Below the pieces are notes generated by a model that worked only from the letters and a program-made list of their open reading frames with translations, did not search any database and was not told the DNA's origin. 59,902 nucleotides of DNA from a virus (taxonomy: Duplodnaviria > Caudoviricetes), in IMG/VR virus record IMGVR_UViG_3300025323_000513, positions 1-59,902 of that record. The stretch is one strand, 5' to 3'. Shown here piece by piece: positions 1 through 9,298 of this stretch. Numbering within the stretch: position 1 is the stretch's first letter; the number at the start of each line of letters is the position of its first letter. A program made the position numbers and the translations under genes.

Positions 1-180
1 TTATTTCCCTGCAAAAGGCTGGCTGTTATCGCCCTTATTCGCAAAGTAGAACGAGAAAGCCATTGAAGCAAGGATCATGAAGTCCTTAGCTTCTACCCTT
101 CCGTAGAACATACCAACAATGACGGCGACCGCCATGAGGATGAAGACAATTTTTGATGCTGATGAATATATACTTTTCAT
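1..180 (-). CDS. Holin-like 59-aa membrane protein
   Basis: Hand-translated MKSIYSSASKIVFILMAVAVIVGMFYG...FAGK; two hydrophobic segments; follows endolysin; paralog at 35088-35267. Confidence 0.75.
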   Translation of the reverse strand: MKSIYSSASKIVFILMAVAVIVGMFYGRVEAKDFMILASMAFSFYFANKGDNSQPFAGK

Positions 181-209
181 AATTTTCTGTAATTACTGTA
201 ATTAATTTA

Positions 210-290
210 TTAATGTGCCTGCTCGATGTACCCGAGGTAGACGAGCAGAGCTACTGCTATCGCAATCAATATGTGATATCGACATTTCAT
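210..290 (-). CDS. 26-aa single-TM peptide in lysis cassette
   Basis: MKCRYHILIAIAVALLVYLGYIEQAH; ATG overlaps the endolysin TGA; same-length paralog at 35302-35382. Confidence 0.7.
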   Translation of the reverse strand: MKCRYHILIAIAVALLVYLGYIEQAH

Positions 291-898
291 AATTGATTGA
301 GAAGGCTGATAATTTGTGACTTGATCGCATCCTTCCCTGCCAACGTTTGCGATCCAAGAAGTCGAGCAAGAAGATTTGTGCGCACGATCTCTGGCTTCTC
401 TTTGTAGTCGGCAATATCTCCGTGAATGATGATATTCTTTTCATCGAGAACGAATGAGATATCAAGATTTCCGGCAAACGACTTTACAAGATCAGTAAGG
501 GCTTGGTACTGCCACTCCGTAATATTGTTTTCATTAGGTTCGACCATGCCGTCTTGATCCACGTCGTATCCTGCTGCAAGTTCAATACCGATTGTGTACT
601 GATTTGGGTTTACCCAAGACCCATCAAGATTTTTGAGCATAATTCTTTTTGCTCGAGCATTCGGGTTACTGATTATCCCCGCATGCCATGCAATGTCACC
701 AACCTTCACTAGCTGCACGATTTCACCCTGCTCCCGACCAATAACGAAGTGAGCTGATGTTCTATTTGGTCTGTTTGCGTTACAGAGCCACTCTACCGCT
801 CCCCTGTATGCACCTAGAGTAAGATGCAGGACAACTGCAATCTTTCTCTGAGTGCCTGGCGGTGTGTAATTCAATGTCTGCTGAAATGGTATGTTCAT
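287..898 (-). CDS. Endolysin, N-acetylmuramoyl-L-alanine amidase (Amidase_2 type)
   Basis: VVLH, SAHFVIG, AWHAG, TIGIEL and IIIHGD motifs. Confidence 0.9.
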   Translation of the reverse strand: MNIPFQQTLNYTPPGTQRKIAVVLHLTLGAYRGAVEWLCNANRPNRTSAHFVIGREQGEIVQLVKVGDIAWHAGIISNPNARAKRIMLKNLDGSWVNPNQYTIGIELAAGYDVDQDGMVEPNENNITEWQYQALTDLVKSFAGNLDISFVLDEKNIIIHGDIADYKEKPEIVRTNLLARLLGSQTLAGKDAIKSQIISLLNQL

Positions 899-905
899 AT
901 ATTTT

Positions 906-1094
906 TTATTTAATCATTAAGTTAATAATTCCGGTGATTAATCCGGCAACCGATGCCGTAGCCACAATCCAGAAAAACTTCATGAGCCATTGCTGGTTTG
1001 TTTTTACGACTGCCATATCCTCTTGAATATGGCTCAAGTGGTTTTCCTTGATTTCCCTGATATCTGCTTCAATTTTTCCTATTCTTCTTTCCAT
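906..1094 (-). CDS. Small coiled-coil protein with C-terminal TM (XhlA-like lysis accessory)
   Basis: Coiled coil followed by a hydrophobic tail; directly upstream of endolysin. Confidence 0.6.
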   Translation of the reverse strand: MERRIGKIEADIREIKENHLSHIQEDMAVVKTNQQWLMKFFWIVATASVAGLITGIINLMIK

Positions 1095-1103
1095 ATATTT
1101 TGT

Positions 1104-1940
1104 TTAAATTCTCACCAAGAAATTCACCACTAAATATGGAGGTATGTTGTTGTGGGCTGTATCACTTCCAGCTGATGAGGTATTGCGACTGTTAGTTGGA
1201 GTATTACTTGCTCCTGGTGAGTTCGACCAGACAGGAGTACCGCCATCTGTGGCAGTTGGATTATATGTATGCGTATGTGCTGCCAATTCTGCTGTAGTAA
1301 GTACGTGAGTTTTTTCTCCCACATAGGTATTTGGCGTGTTGAGCGTATCGAAGTTTGCATCAGTTACGTCAAAGCCGAACACCGACTTCCCTTTAAAGTT
1401 TGGAAGATTGAAAGTTGTCGACCCGTCACCCACACCAGAGTTGAATACTCGCCATGTGTGAGTGCCAGATTGAGATCCTGAGGTGTTGACTGCACTGCCA
1501 CCTCGAGTTGTTGAAACTCTAAAGTCATTTGCACTTAAGCCCGCCGAGATAACATAATAATCCGTTCCTATAGCAAGACCTGTTGGAAGTGATCCTGTTG
1601 TCGTTAGTCGTATTTTATCGCCCGCAACCAAACTATGAGCTGTTGATGTAAAGACCGCAGGTGATGCAATAGTTACCGTGAAGGTAGCGGAGGGACAGAG
1701 TGCGTCAAAGAGTGTTGCATATGTAGTCCTTGATACGGCTTGTCCATCACAGAGAAGCCAACCCGCAGGAATACTTCGTCTCATGGTGGGGACGATTATT
1801 CCTGTAAGTGTGAGACCGAGAAAACTATTATGAAGAAGTCCATTTGCATCGAGCTTCGGTACTTTCCCCACATCTCCACTTCCAGCTGATGAAGCTACGA
1901 AGTCTGATGCTAACGCTGTTTGTCCTTGTGTAATTGCCAT
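1104..1940 (-). CDS. Tail fiber protein with tail-collar domain
   Basis: PAGWLLCDGQAVSRTTYATLF, GDGSTTFNLP, HTHT and HNNIPPY collar motifs; insertion inside the collar domain. Confidence 0.85.
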   Translation of the reverse strand: MAITQGQTALASDFVASSAGSGDVGKVPKLDANGLLHNSFLGLTLTGIIVPTMRRSIPAGWLLCDGQAVSRTTYATLFDALCPSATFTVTIASPAVFTSTAHSLVAGDKIRLTTTGSLPTGLAIGTDYYVISAGLSANDFRVSTTRGGSAVNTSGSQSGTHTWRVFNSGVGDGSTTFNLPNFKGKSVFGFDVTDANFDTLNTPNTYVGEKTHVLTTAELAAHTHTYNPTATDGGTPVWSNSPGASNTPTNSRNTSSAGSDTAHNNIPPYLVVNFLVRI

Positions 1941-1943
1941 AAA

Positions 1944-2429
1944 TTAATTTAAAGTTATTTGTAACTCAATCGTCGTGTCCTCTCCTGTGCCTTTGGTATA
2001 TGCCACTCCGAACAGGGCGCGATTGAAAATCTTCCCTGTACTCACCGAGGCAGTACCATCGACAAAAGATCCAAATTCGTTATACGTTCCGTTCGTAAGC
2101 ACCGCATCGGAGAAGAAAAATTGAAGAGTTGCTACTGCACCCGACACGGATCCGATAGCAACAGCCGCTCGAGCAATTGGAGTTTGAAGTGTAGTGTCGC
2201 TCGTTGCAGGTGAATTAGTGCCAGTGCCCATGTCCGCATGAGTGAGGTTTAAACTGTACGTATTAATGCTTGCAAGCCTCTGAAGGACAAGTGTTCGTCC
2301 AGTGTTCGTGCCAAGCATGACTAGATTCGAATACCAGTCGCTAACCCTAAGAACCTCTCCAGTTCCCGCCTTAGTGGTGATGATTCGTATTTTGCCTTGA
2401 GGCTTTATATTTTCATTGAATGTATTCAT
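1944..2429 (-). CDS. Baseplate/tail-tip protein
   Basis: GTGTNSPATSDTTL...NGTYNEFG...IFNRAL resembles tail-fiber N-terminal/baseplate proteins; start moved to MNTFNE. Confidence 0.65.
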   Translation of the reverse strand: MNTFNENIKPQGKIRIITTKAGTGEVLRVSDWYSNLVMLGTNTGRTLVLQRLASINTYSLNLTHADMGTGTNSPATSDTTLQTPIARAAVAIGSVSGAVATLQFFFSDAVLTNGTYNEFGSFVDGTASVSTGKIFNRALFGVAYTKGTGEDTTIELQITLN

Positions 2430-2439
2430 ATATTTGTTA

Positions 2440-3852
2440 TTAACCCCATGTACCAAGGTCCCATTTAAGAGCATTGGCATCCTCGCCCCACTTGTAGGGA
2501 CCTAATGTTTTGGTAGCTGTTATGGCATCACTCGAGGTCATCGATTCAGCAAAAACTTCCAAGCGCTGCAAGACTTCATTTATTGCAATAGAGATATTCT
2601 TTTTATCTTTACTTAGGAGTTCCACCATGATGTCAGTAAAAGAAACCTGACCAGATGCAATGAGATACACGCTGTATTCCATTGAGTTTCCGTCTCTCAC
2701 TTTTCCAGTGATCTTGTTTATTTTGAATGTCTTATCGACACTTCGGAGTGCGCTCGAGACTCGAATTTGTTGACCTACTTTGAGTCCAATTTGTACTGTT
2801 TTAAATGAAGCCTCATAGACACTCTCGGAATATTTCTTAAGCTCAGTCTGTGCGCGAGTCTGAGCTTCATTGATAGAGGTGATACTTTTATCAATAACGG
2901 CCGCCTGATATTCGCCGTAGGTTGCGATGGATATCTGATCACGGACTTGTGCGATGATTGGAATATATGCATCACCAAAGATTTTAATGGTGTGTCCATT
3001 AATAGGTGCGGTGGTATATTTGATAAATTTTTCATTGAAGTTATAGAGCACATCAACAGATAGAGGATCAGATTGCTGGTCAGTACCGACAGTGTTTACC
3101 GTGGAATTATCTTTGACCGTGATGTTGTCGTATTTATATGAAAGAGGAAAAACTTTCTGCGTGCCATCGGCAACGAAAATGTCCTGCGCACTCCCTTCAG
3201 CAATTGTCTTTTTATACTCACCTCCCCGCACAAACACAGAGTTTTTGATCTGTGTAATCGTCTTATTAATTTCTAATGAATCCCACTTATACTTGTCATT
3301 GGTATCAGTAATCTCAAATGGAGCTGAAAGATTTTCACTATCGAAAAAATGAATGTCTTTGTCGGGGTCAACATACCAATCCCAGCCGACCTGATCGGCA
3401 AGCTGAGTGAGGCATCGTGTTACCTGCTCGTAATTAAATTTTATTGACCCTACAGTTGGAGTAGAAGTAGAAACATTTGAGGTAGTGAAGCCGGAAGTGT
3501 AAGTTGAAATGAGATCGAGGACAATAGAACGGGCTGTGACGGAAGTATAGCTTCGGACTACTACCTTTCTGTCTAGATATTGAGAATAGTCTTTACATCG
3601 GATCTCGTAGGCAATGAGAAGTCCACCCTTTACGATTTCATTTCGTTCGGTAATCACTCCACCGAAAATCTTTACCCCACCTTCCTCGAGTGTGACATCA
3701 TCATTTACGCTTGGAATGGTTTTTGCCGGAGTTTTAATGATCTGAAACTCGAGACGGTCAACTTCCTTTGAAAGCACTTCAGTAATGACAAGAGTGTCCC
3801 ACTTAACGTAGCTTGTGCGATCAACGGTATTTATTTTAAGTACGAGTGACAT
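2440..3852 (-). CDS. Tail hub/tip protein
   Basis: Follows tape measure; LTQLADQVGWDWYVD..KDIHFF hub-like motif. Confidence 0.7.
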   Translation of the reverse strand: MSLVLKINTVDRTSYVKWDTLVITEVLSKEVDRLEFQIIKTPAKTIPSVNDDVTLEEGGVKIFGGVITERNEIVKGGLLIAYEIRCKDYSQYLDRKVVVRSYTSVTARSIVLDLISTYTSGFTTSNVSTSTPTVGSIKFNYEQVTRCLTQLADQVGWDWYVDPDKDIHFFDSENLSAPFEITDTNDKYKWDSLEINKTITQIKNSVFVRGGEYKKTIAEGSAQDIFVADGTQKVFPLSYKYDNITVKDNSTVNTVGTDQQSDPLSVDVLYNFNEKFIKYTTAPINGHTIKIFGDAYIPIIAQVRDQISIATYGEYQAAVIDKSITSINEAQTRAQTELKKYSESVYEASFKTVQIGLKVGQQIRVSSALRSVDKTFKINKITGKVRDGNSMEYSVYLIASGQVSFTDIMVELLSKDKKNISIAINEVLQRLEVFAESMTSSDAITATKTLGPYKWGEDANALKWDLGTWG

Positions 3853-3857
3853 ATTTT

Positions 3858-5213
3858 TTATGCTCTTATGCCTCCCAGGTTGATCTGGTTTTTAATAATG
3901 CGGGCTAGCTCATTGCCGAATTCCTCAGCTACTTCCGTTGTTGTGTAAAAATGACCGTTGAGGTTCACGGTTAAGCCTCCACCTTGACCGAGCTTGCTTA
4001 AAGGAATGATGGCTTCGGGACCAGCTTCACCAACGAGGCCAAGAGTGGGACCGGTAACAATGCCTCCATCAGCAAACTTCGATACAACACTTTTTACGGC
4101 ATTCACCGCCCCCTTTATGGGAGCACTTACGGCTGAGACCACAGAGTTGTAGGCGCTCTGAATAGAAGCTATGGCCCCTTTGATCTTCTCTATGCCTGCA
4201 TTGAAGAGGTCGACGATACCACCCCAGATTGTGGTAAAGAGATCTTTTATGCCATTCCATGCGTCGATGAATACTGCCTTGATGTTTTCCCATTGTGTTT
4301 TCCAGAGGGTGTAGAAGAAGATGATGACCGCGCCTATGGCTGCGATTGCCGCGATGATGAGACCCAAGGGACCCAAGAATGCTAAAGCAGCGGCGGCAGT
4401 TACAATAAATCCAGCCAGAAGGAGTCCTGTAAGGAGACTTCCCACAACGATTAAGAGAGTTTGACTATTCTCAAGAAACTTATTGATCCCGCCTTGGGCA
4501 TGGATCCAGTTCTGAATTCCTTTGGTAACCATTTCGATTGCAGGTGCAAAGAGACTTCCCAATGACTCAGCTCCCTCAGTCCCTAGTTGCTTTGTAATAT
4601 CAAGCTGACCTTTGAGTGTTTCAGAATACGCCGCAGCCTGACCATGAACAGTCTTCATGATGGCTGCAAGAATCGTCTCCTTTGAGGCGTGATCATCCAC
4701 TTCAATACCGAATTGCTTCAAAAGACGAGCATTTCCCTGAAAGGCAAGAATCAGAGCCTGGGTTGATTCCTCAAGTCCGATACCTTTGTAACGTGCCAGA
4801 TCCATAGCTGCCGTGAATGCCTGAAATGCAAAGGGACCGTCATTCGTTGCCTGAAGAAGTCGTGCAATTGAGAGGGCAGCTTCTTCATTATCAAAACCAA
4901 ACTTACTTAAGGCTTCATCCGCAACAGCAAGTATCTGTTCTCGAAGAGCTTGAAGATTTGGAGGTAGAGTTTTAAGAATTGCATCAAAACGAGTCATCTG
5001 CACTTCAGCTTCAGCAAAGGCACCAATGGCACTTTTCAAGATTGCACCTGCACCGATGGTTTGAAGCACACCAGCCAAAGCACCAACTTTGTCACCGGCA
5101 AAGCCAGACTGCCCGCCAAGGTCTGACAGGCTGTTACTCATACTTCGGATTGCAGTACTTGCTTCATCCCGAAGTTGAACCAATATTTGTAGTTTGCTTA
5201 TTGACTCTGCCAT
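3858..5213 (-). CDS. Tape measure protein (short, 451 aa)
   Basis: Ala-rich helices, TM segment, W/F periodicity, C-terminal FADGGIVTGPTLGLVGEAGPEAIIPL. Confidence 0.9.
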   Translation of the reverse strand: MAESISKLQILVQLRDEASTAIRSMSNSLSDLGGQSGFAGDKVGALAGVLQTIGAGAILKSAIGAFAEAEVQMTRFDAILKTLPPNLQALREQILAVADEALSKFGFDNEEAALSIARLLQATNDGPFAFQAFTAAMDLARYKGIGLEESTQALILAFQGNARLLKQFGIEVDDHASKETILAAIMKTVHGQAAAYSETLKGQLDITKQLGTEGAESLGSLFAPAIEMVTKGIQNWIHAQGGINKFLENSQTLLIVVGSLLTGLLLAGFIVTAAAALAFLGPLGLIIAAIAAIGAVIIFFYTLWKTQWENIKAVFIDAWNGIKDLFTTIWGGIVDLFNAGIEKIKGAIASIQSAYNSVVSAVSAPIKGAVNAVKSVVSKFADGGIVTGPTLGLVGEAGPEAIIPLSKLGQGGGLTVNLNGHFYTTTEVAEEFGNELARIIKNQINLGGIRA

Positions 5214-5428
5214 GATGATTTATTCTTTTTCTTTATCTCTGCACTTTCCGCCTTCAACATTTCGATTATCGTGTCTATGAAGGTCGTGGGCTGACTTTGG
5301 TATTCCTCAAACGTCCACTTCATCTCCCTGCAAATCATTGCCGCTACCATTTCATCTGTGAGAGAGGCTTTGAGCCCTGCGAAGTACCTCTCCCACGAAT
5401 ACCCTACTTCGCCGACTGAAAATTTCCC
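5198..5428 (-). CDS. Tail assembly chaperone -1 frameshift extension (gpT-like)
   Basis: -1 frame open from the slippery site to TAA at 5198: ...ICREMKWTFEEYQSQPTTFIDTIIEMLKAE... Confidence 0.8.
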   Translation of the reverse strand, partial: GKFSVGEVGYSWERYFAGLKASLTDEMVAAMICREMKWTFEEYQSQPTTFIDTIIEMLKAESAEIKKKNKSSWQSQ

Positions 5429-5748
5429 TTTGTGACTTTGTTCAATTCCACAACCACGAAGTCGTACTCGGAAGGCGATGCTTGCTCGAGCCTGTCAGAA
5501 ATATTCTCCGGATTGCCGTCATATGACACGATGAGCTGTTCAAAGGTTCGCTTCTCAGCCTTGAGCATGATCGAAGCGTCGACATCTTTCATGATGCTTT
5601 CACCCTCACTGGCGATGTCATTGGGATCAATCTTGATCCCTTCAAGAAAGGCACTCTTGATGGCATTCCTTTCCTTGGCATTCATGAAGGACTTGATAAC
5701 GAGGTCTTTTCCGAGTGGTGTTATGAGTTTTATTGTTTCTCTTTCCAT
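5404..5748 (-). CDS. Tail assembly chaperone (gpG-like)
   Basis: Between tail tube and tape measure genes; slippery G GGA AAT near 3' end. Confidence 0.85.
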   Translation of the reverse strand: MERETIKLITPLGKDLVIKSFMNAKERNAIKSAFLEGIKIDPNDIASEGESIMKDVDASIMLKAEKRTFEQLIVSYDGNPENISDRLEQASPSEYDFVVVELNKVTKGNFQSAK

Positions 5749-5766
5749 AATGGTTAATTATTTTGA

Positions 5767-6756
5767 TTAATATGATGCCACTGCATTTGTTGCTAAGACT
5801 GAAATCATCAAGGTGTCACTTATACTGTAGTGAGCCTTGAATGAAAGTGTCTGACGGACTAGGTCATTGACCTTCACTGGCCGAGTGATTTCCTTGAAGA
5901 TCACTTTTGCAAGATCAATGCGGATCTGGGGATTCGCAGCACTTCCGATTGTGACATCGGTGTTCTTAAGATCGAGTCTCATTGCCTTTGCAGTTGTGGC
6001 AAGAGCTGCGGTCTTGTAGTCCGACTCGTTTTGCCAGAGAGCTTCGAGAGTTCCTTCAATTGAAAACTGCTTGTTGAGGAAATCCGATGGAGTTGAGCTT
6101 CCGAGAACGTCATCATCCTCAATATTCTGATCAATCTTTAGTGTGAGTGACTTGATGTTCATGGCTGAAGTGGCACCAAGACCGGCATATGTAGATGCGA
6201 GCTTGAAGGTGAGATGCTGTGGTAGGAATCTGTTCTCGGTTGTAGCTGAAGGAGTGAGTGTTGCGGTCGCTCCCTTCTTTGCTTTAAGTCCGAGAGTGTA
6301 ATCAAGAAACTTATTAAGTTCATAACTAATCTCAAGCGATGATACTGCTCCGTTTCCATGCTTGTAATCCTGTGCTCCGAGTGGATCATCAATGAAAAGC
6401 GAAAGTGCCTGGTGCTGAGAGCTTTGAGCTACCGTTATGGTGTGATCTTTAATCGTTGCATCGGAATCTGCATTATCTCCAGTTGAAAGCGAGCCAAGAA
6501 TAGAGTAGAGAATGAGAGGAAAATGCTTGTCAGCAATCGGGGCTTTGACCGTTCCTTCAGCCCATTCCTTTGCTTTGCTCTGCCCAACCGCATCCTCAAT
6601 TACTCCTCTCGACTGATCGTCGGTAACGAGTGAAAACTTTTCATTGATATCAAGTTCTGAAAATGGAATCCAGTAAGTAGCCGCAGACTCGGGCGTACCA
6701 CGTACCGTTTCCTTTGCAATTCCGAACTGTATTAATCTTCCTATTCCTTTTGACAT
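5767..6756 (-). CDS. Major tail tube protein
   Basis: FGIAKETVRGTP N-terminus; size and position. Confidence 0.85.
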   Translation of the reverse strand: MSKGIGRLIQFGIAKETVRGTPESAATYWIPFSELDINEKFSLVTDDQSRGVIEDAVGQSKAKEWAEGTVKAPIADKHFPLILYSILGSLSTGDNADSDATIKDHTITVAQSSQHQALSLFIDDPLGAQDYKHGNGAVSSLEISYELNKFLDYTLGLKAKKGATATLTPSATTENRFLPQHLTFKLASTYAGLGATSAMNIKSLTLKIDQNIEDDDVLGSSTPSDFLNKQFSIEGTLEALWQNESDYKTAALATTAKAMRLDLKNTDVTIGSAANPQIRIDLAKVIFKEITRPVKVNDLVRQTLSFKAHYSISDTLMISVLATNAVASY

Positions 6757-6766
6757 ATATTTTTAA

Positions 6767-6952
6767 TTAATTATTTTCTTTTAATGGCTCACCGACTTTT
6801 TTCCTCGACTGCTCCCACTGCCTCTCCGCTTCCTCCTGACTATCGGCTTGTATGGTCTGGGGAAGATATTCCTGACCTCCGGAGAAGAAGTATTCCTGCT
6901 TGTTTTTTACGTCTTCCTTCCCTATCATTTTGTTTTTATTATTTGTTTGCAT
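6767..6952 (-). CDS. Hypothetical phage protein
   Basis: Fills the gap in the late operon. Confidence 0.6.
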   Translation of the reverse strand: MQTNNKNKMIGKEDVKNKQEYFFSGGQEYLPQTIQADSQEEAERQWEQSRKKVGEPLKENN

Positions 6953-6956
6953 ACAT

Positions 6957-7400
6957 TTAGAATGATAAATTTTTAATGGCCTTGGCTTTCACTGTGACTG
7001 TAAAGACCACAAAACTTCCATCCCCAGATGTGATGCTCTCCGGAGTGGAGGAAGATGGCTCAACACCGCCGTTTGCTGCGCCGCCGAGTGTCGGATCTTC
7101 ATCGAAGGCATTGATAATGGTTTCCATAAGCTCCTCGATGCCATTGGCGGAGGCTATATTTTCTCCCTTTTGGATGATTCCAATCGTGAAATTGTGAGTA
7201 CGAAGATTGTCACGGTTCGTCTCTGCTACGCCCTCAAGCGAAGGAGAGGCTAGTACAGCGGCAGGAAATGTTCCAATGTCCTTGTATGCAAATCCATCCT
7301 GCTTGAAGTCATCAACAATGACCTGACCGAGGGTTGCCGGTACGAGAGAATCAAGTTTTGCCTTCACTGCATTTTTAATTGTGGTTACTATTGCTGTCAT
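6957..7400 (-). CDS. Tail terminator/completion protein
   Basis: FPAAVL motif; position before tail tube. Confidence 0.65.
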   Translation of the reverse strand: MTAIVTTIKNAVKAKLDSLVPATLGQVIVDDFKQDGFAYKDIGTFPAAVLASPSLEGVAETNRDNLRTHNFTIGIIQKGENIASANGIEELMETIINAFDEDPTLGGAANGGVEPSSSTPESITSGDGSFVVFTVTVKAKAIKNLSF

Positions 7401-7783
7401 AGTCGTGTTTGATTAGCTATCTGCCTGTTCACCATGTCCTGGGCTTCTCTAAATATTTTATTCACTTCTGGCTCCGCTTTTTTAATAATCTTGAGCATGA
7501 AGGGATTTGCTTTTATATATTTCGTACCGTCATGCACAAAGATTGCGTAGTGAGCGGTGGGATACCATGCTGCTTGAAGCCTCGCTGTTTTGTATCTGAA
7601 CGACTGCAAGAGATTTCCTGTTCTCCACGGGACCGGATTATCTTTCAAAGTATTTTTTGCAAAGATGGCACCGGTCGCCATGACCGCCTTCTGGAATATC
7701 GGCTCCGAAATCTTCGGATAATTCCTAAAAGCGAAGTTCAGCTCCTTAAGTCCTCGTATTTCAATTCTGAAATCTCCAGCCAT
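7397..7783 (-). CDS. HK97 gp10-like neck protein
   Basis: IEIRGLKEL, PWRTGNLLQS, YAIFVHDGT, ANPFM. Confidence 0.85.
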   Translation of the reverse strand: MAGDFRIEIRGLKELNFAFRNYPKISEPIFQKAVMATGAIFAKNTLKDNPVPWRTGNLLQSFRYKTARLQAAWYPTAHYAIFVHDGTKYIKANPFMLKIIKKAEPEVNKIFREAQDMVNRQIANQTRL

Positions 7784-7787
7784 ATGT

Positions 7788-8411
7788 TTAGAAAAAATTA
7801 ACCCTCCTATATTTATTAATCGTCTCCGTATCTTCGGGATTCAGAAGATCTTTCCAGGTGATCGACCCACCGTTAAAGTCTTCTCTGGCTTTCCCTTCCG
7901 CTTCCCGTCTTTTAAAGAACTTTATGGCAAGCCTTTCTGCAAGATCGGTAAGGTCGGCAGGCAGGGTGTGAGTGGTCATGTCGCCGTAATTAGTGAAATT
8001 AATTTTGTATCCAGCGACATAGCTTGCACGGATACCATTTCCACCCTGCGTAAATGACCCATGAAGTTCGATGACTCCCGAGACTCCATCCTCCAGAAGT
8101 TCCCAATCGTCAACGACAAACTCCGTCCAGTTAGGATTGCTTTTTAGCCCCGCTCTGTATTGAAGTGAGGTGACCGAAGATACCGGAGACTGCTTAAGAT
8201 TGAGAAAATTATTTCCCTTCCCCTGAATCGAATACACTTCGTTGGTGTATGTAGTTTCCTCGAAGTGGCGATTGCATTTACCTTCGATAAAATCAGTCAC
8301 GCTGTTTATCAAATACAAAAGTATCGTGTCATGAGTGGACACGGTGATGGTGAGCCGAGTCTTTACTCGAGCTACGGTTGTAAGTGCATATGAAAGAAGT
8401 GATTCTGCCAT
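7788..8411 (-). CDS. Head-tail connector (gp6-like)
   Basis: LTTVARVKTRL, FIEGKCNRHF, YVAGY, LPADL. Confidence 0.8.
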   Translation of the reverse strand: MAESLLSYALTTVARVKTRLTITVSTHDTILLYLINSVTDFIEGKCNRHFEETTYTNEVYSIQGKGNNFLNLKQSPVSSVTSLQYRAGLKSNPNWTEFVVDDWELLEDGVSGVIELHGSFTQGGNGIRASYVAGYKINFTNYGDMTTHTLPADLTDLAERLAIKFFKRREAEGKAREDFNGGSITWKDLLNPEDTETINKYRRVNFF

Positions 8412-8479
8412 AAATATTCGGGTTTTAAATTCCCGCTTCTCTCCCTTGAATTCAAGGGAGAGTGGCTGAGATTCAATGC

Positions 8480-8869
8480 CTACTGCACAGGCTCCTTGAA
8501 AGCTTTACCCAAGATAATGTCTACCTTAATGGTAAAGTTTGGGTTCGTGCCGGCTAGTGTCGCTACTGCTCGAAGGTAACGCCTGCGTGTTGCGGTGTTA
8601 AGTCCCTCGATTCTGATACCCTGGGAATTATTTGCCGCCGTTACTTGCACAAAGGTAAGGCCAGATACATCCGCAAAGGAACTGTTATTTGCCGAATCCT
8701 GAATTTTTACATCAAGAGTCGGAAACGCTCCCGACACAGCACCAACCTCAAGAGCAACTTCAGCAGAATTGAACCCTGCGGTATCAACTCCAATTCCGTT
8801 CACTGAGGATGTCGCCACTTGCGGTCTTAGCGTGGCTTTTGAAATTACGCTGTCATATACTGAAGACAT
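8480..8869 (-). CDS. Head decoration/cement-like protein
   Basis: Beta-rich, TLDVKIQDS...RRYLR; follows capsid gene. Confidence 0.6.
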   Translation of the reverse strand: MSSVYDSVISKATLRPQVATSSVNGIGVDTAGFNSAEVALEVGAVSGAFPTLDVKIQDSANNSSFADVSGLTFVQVTAANNSQGIRIEGLNTATRRRYLRAVATLAGTNPNFTIKVDIILGKAFKEPVQ

Positions 8870-8942
8870 AATTTTTGTTTTTAGTCTTATCGAATTGCTC
8901 AGATCGACTAGTGAGCAAAAGAGAATTTCTCTTAAAGATTGG

Positions 8943-9233
8943 TTATTTCACCTCCTTACTCCCGTCTTCTCCACTGGCAGGAGTTTCTGACTCTTTCGAA
9001 TCATTTTCAAAGGAACCTTCACCGTTTCCATCCGTAGATGGTGCGGATTTTACTTCACTCGCCCCTTCCTCTTTTGGAGGTTCAATTTGCTCGGTTTGAG
9101 CGTGGGCGAGCTCCACATCGGAACCAATGTTCTGCGCCTCCTCGTCCGTCAGTTCAACGATTGCGCCTTTTTCAAGACGGTCACCGTTGAAACCGATGGG
9201 ACGAAGCACAGTGTACTTTTTTGTATCGCTCAT
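8943..9233 (-). CDS. Small head-associated protein
   Basis: KYTVLRPI...GAIVELTDEEA followed by an acidic tail. Confidence 0.55.
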   Translation of the reverse strand: MSDTKKYTVLRPIGFNGDRLEKGAIVELTDEEAQNIGSDVELAHAQTEQIEPPKEEGASEVKSAPSTDGNGEGSFENDSKESETPASGEDGSKEVK

Positions 9234-9298
9234 ACTTGTTATTGCTTAATTGATAAAAACAACTCTATCCGTCGCCTTAAGGATTAGTGCGAACGGGA

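Noticed and set aside
202-477. 91-aa ORF overlapping the endolysin, as a possible embedded spanin
   Set aside because: No lipobox or TM segment and not conserved in phage B; the 26-aa ORF in another frame is the conserved one
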